From an uncultured Armatimonadetes bacterium (GTDB lineage Bacteria > Armatimonadota > Hebobacteria > Hebobacterales > Hebobacteraceae): a stretch of 64,000 nt of DNA. Position 1 is the stretch's first letter. Each line of letters begins with the position of its first letter. Location: positions 1,216,001 to 1,280,000 of the forward strand of contig OY970296.1 in NCBI GenBank assembly GCA_963716175.1, given 5' to 3'. Positions 61,611 through 64,000 of the stretch are shown one piece after another. The position numbers and the translations under genes were made by a program. The notes beneath the pieces were generated by a model. It did not search any database. It was not told the DNA's origin and worked only from the letters and a program-made list of their open reading frames with translations.

Positions 61611-62973
61611 AGCTGAAGGTGCGGTCCGGCTGCTGGGCGGCCGCCGCCAGCACTTCCACCAGTTCGGGGTCGAAGCGGGAGCCGGCGGCCTGGCGCAGCC
61701 GGGAGAGCGCCTGGGGGGAGCCAGCTAGCTCCAGGTAGGCGTCGGCTAGAGCCAGCAGCCTCGCCCCCAGCGGAATCTGGTGCTGGCGTAGCCCCTCCGG
61801 GTAGCCCAGCCCATCCCAGCGCTCGTGGTGAGCCCCCACCATCTGGGCGGCTGGCCTCAGAAAGCGAACCGGCGCCAGGATCTGAGCCCCCAGCTGGGGG
61901 TGGAGCCGCAGGGGCTCCAGCTCCCCCGAGAACAGGTCCTGGTCCCCGGGCAACAGCTCCCCGGGCACCCCCACTTTGCCAATGTCGTGCAGGTAGCCGG
62001 CATAGCGAATCTGCTCCACCTGGTCGGGGGCCAGGTCCAACACCTGCGCCATCGCCGCCGCCACCGCCGCCACCCGCTCCCCATGGCTGGCCTCCAGCGA
62101 GCGACCCTCCAGCTTCGCCTCCATCACCGCCCCCAGGGTGCGCAGGCTCTGGGCGTAGACCTGCCGCAGATGCCCCTGCAGCCGGTAGCCATAGTAGAGC
62201 AGCCCGGAAGGAATCAGCGTCACCACCCCCAGCAACAAAGCCCCCCGGGAGCTGGAAGCCCCCACCGCCTCCCCGGTCAACTGCCACCGGCTCTGATAGA
62301 GCAGAGCCAGCAGCAGCCCCACCGAAGCCAACGCCCCATCCAGAGCCAGCATGGGCCCCAGGCTGGCCCGCAGCCGCCGCCAGGTCAAAGGCCACAGCCC
62401 CGCCCCCGCCCGCCGGGGCCGCTCCAGAGCCACCGCCACCGATACCCAGCCGGTCTCCAACAGCCACAGACACACCACCGCCCCCACCACCGCCACCACA
62501 TGCACCCCCAGCTCCACCCGCCCCGGCACCCCGCCCAACTCCTGGTACACCCACCCCGCAGCCAGCAGCGACAGCACACTGTGGGCGGCATTGAAGCTGG
62601 AGCGCACCACCGGGCTCCGCCGCACCATCCCCTCCGACCACACCGCCGCCAACGCCGCCACACAGGCCGTGGGCCCCGCCCCCAGCACCAACAGCCCCGC
62701 AAAGAACACCGCAAAGCTGGCCGCCGCTCCCCCTCCCCCAGCCAGCGGCACCACCATCAGGTCCAGCACCCCAGCCAACCCAATGAACAATGCCAGCTCC
62801 CAGATCCCCAGATCCACCGCCTGCCACCGGCTCGCCGCCCACACCAGCCCCACCGCCCCCAACCCAATCACCCCCACCACGTATCCCTCCAACCACCCCC
62901 ACCCCCGCCCCACCCGCGCAGCGGCAGCCGACGGAGGTGCGAGGACGGCCTTCGACTCCCTCGGGATCATCAC
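61564..62973 (-). CDS. Membrane-anchored HD-GYP domain phosphodiesterase
   Basis: N-terminal TM helices; HGERVA, LHDIGK, HHERWDGLGYP, LADAY. Confidence 0.88.
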   Translation of the reverse strand: MMIPRESKAVLAPPSAAAARVGRGWGWLEGYVVGVIGLGAVGLVWAASRWQAVDLGIWELALFIGLAGVLDLMVVPLAGGGGAAASFAVFFAGLLVLGAGPTACVAALAAVWSEGMVRRSPVVRSSFNAAHSVLSLLAAGWVYQELGGVPGRVELGVHVVAVVGAVVCLWLLETGWVSVAVALERPRRAGAGLWPLTWRRLRASLGPMLALDGALASVGLLLALLYQSRWQLTGEAVGASSSRGALLLGVVTLIPSGLLYYGYRLQGHLRQVYAQSLRTLGAVMEAKLEGRSLEASHGERVAAVAAAMAQVLDLAPDQVEQIRYAGYLHDIGKVGVPGELLPGDQDLFSGELEPLRLHPQLGAQILAPVRFLRPAAQMVGAHHERWDGLGYPEGLRQHQIPLGARLLALADAYLELAGSPQALSRLRQAAGSRFDPELVEVLAAAAQQPDRTFSFTPQPEASPDLAWWR

Positions 62974-64000
62974 ACACCTTCCCGCGTCTGGAGGGCGGCA
63001 GGAATGGGAGCGAGCTCCTCTGGCTCTTCCATCTCCAGTTCGCCTCGCGCCCAGAGCGCCGCCAGGGCCGCCACCACCTGTGGGTAGAACTGGGTGCCGG
63101 CGCAGCGCTCCAGTTCGGTGATGGCCTCCTCCGGGCTGCGCCGACGGTGGTAGGCGCGCTGCGCGGTCATGGCCTCGAAGGCGTCAGCCACACCCAGGAT
63201 CCGGGCCTCCAGAGGGATGGTGTCCCCGTGCTTGCCATTGGGATAGCCCTTGCCGTCCATCCGCTCGTGGTGGGCGCGAACGATGGCCGCCACCCGCCCT
63301 GGAGTATGGGGCAGGAACTCCATCTTCTCCGCCAGCAGGCCGCCCTCCACGGGGTGCTGGCGGATCACCTCCCATTCCTGCTCGGTGGGCTTGCCGGGCT
63401 TGCGCAGAATGGGCTCCCAGTCGCGGCGGACTTTGCCGATGTCGTGGAGCCGCCCGGCCCATTCCAGGATCTCCAAGCGAGGGGCGGAAAGGCCCAGCTC
63501 CCGGCCCAGCAGCACCGCATAGTGCGTCACTCGCTCGGAGTGCCTGCGGGTGTACTCATCATAGGCCTCCAGCGCCTCGGATAGCGCGTAGACTGTCTCG
63601 CGATGCACCTCCAGCATCTCCATCGCCCCCTGAAAGGCGTAGCGGGCCCCCAGCAGGGGAGCCACGAACAGAGCTACCGCGAAGACGCCAAGTCCCTTGG
63701 TCTGGTAGACCATGGCCATCAGCAGGCCGAAGGGGGCCAGCGCCAGGTAACGGGGGGCCAGCCAGCGGAAGCTCACCGCCCAGATGCCGAAGACGGGGCG
63801 GCGCTCCCAGGAGGCCATCCCGATGGCGATCAGCCAGGTGGAGATGACGAAGTAAGCGAGTGCACAGCAGAGCAGCGCCGGCCCGATCTCACCGAACCTC
63901 ACCGGGTGGGTGAGCGAGACATAGGCTCCACCCAGGGCCTGGTAGATCCAGCCGGCGCCAGCGAAGGAGAGCACCACCTGCCCCTGGTTGAACAACTGCC
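62970..64000 (-). CDS. Membrane-anchored HD-GYP domain phosphodiesterase (5' end outside window)
   Basis: YTRRHSERV, LHDIGK, HHERMDGKGYP, VADAFEAMT; TM segments upstream. Confidence 0.9.
   Translation of the reverse strand, partial: QLFNQGQVVLSFAGAGWIYQALGGAYVSLTHPVRFGEIGPALLCCALAYFVISTWLIAIGMASWERRPVFGIWAVSFRWLAPRYLALAPFGLLMAMVYQTKGLGVFAVALFVAPLLGARYAFQGAMEMLEVHRETVYALSEALEAYDEYTRRHSERVTHYAVLLGRELGLSAPRLEILEWAGRLHDIGKVRRDWEPILRKPGKPTEQEWEVIRQHPVEGGLLAEKMEFLPHTPGRVAAIVRAHHERMDGKGYPNGKHGDTIPLEARILGVADAFEAMTAQRAYHRRRSPEEAITELERCAGTQFYPQVVAALAALWARGELEMEEPEELAPIPAALQTREGV

Noticed and set aside
61451-63121. Gly-rich 508-aa and Pro/His/Thr-rich overlapping ORFs
   Set aside because: Alternative-frame products of the G-skewed HD-GYP gene

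Overview
A GC-rich bacterial chromosomal segment. An Armatimonadota-like origin is inferred from gene content only (H-X9-DG prepilin-like protein, DUF6785-like membrane protein, YtrA-ABC-propeller operon). It carries a sugar-acid catabolism region (gnd, LarA-family epimerase, uxaE, HAD hydrolase, two Gfo/Idh/MocA paralogs, a fused dihydropyrimidine-dehydrogenase-like enzyme, epimerase, kdgK-like kinase) and an orphan ~1350-aa DUF6079/BREX-like P-loop ATPase. It also has a stand-alone tuf, archaeal-type aroA'/aroB', two toxin-antitoxin pairs, two orphan DNA methyltransferases, a GH2 beta-galactosidase, recD2, the rpmG-tRNA-Trp-secE-nusG-rplKAJL cluster (no rpoBC after it), lipid-modification genes and tandem membrane HD-GYP genes. 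Eight genes are split by single-base frameshifts, mostly in homopolymer runs, which are probably long-read errors. The most striking unexplained structure is a dense set of short palindromic repeat families. GTAG-type REPs supply the TAG stop codon of at least nine genes, and several repeats sit in frame inside apparently intact proteins. No transposase, CRISPR array or rRNA was seen. Products were assigned by motif recognition only, without database searches.
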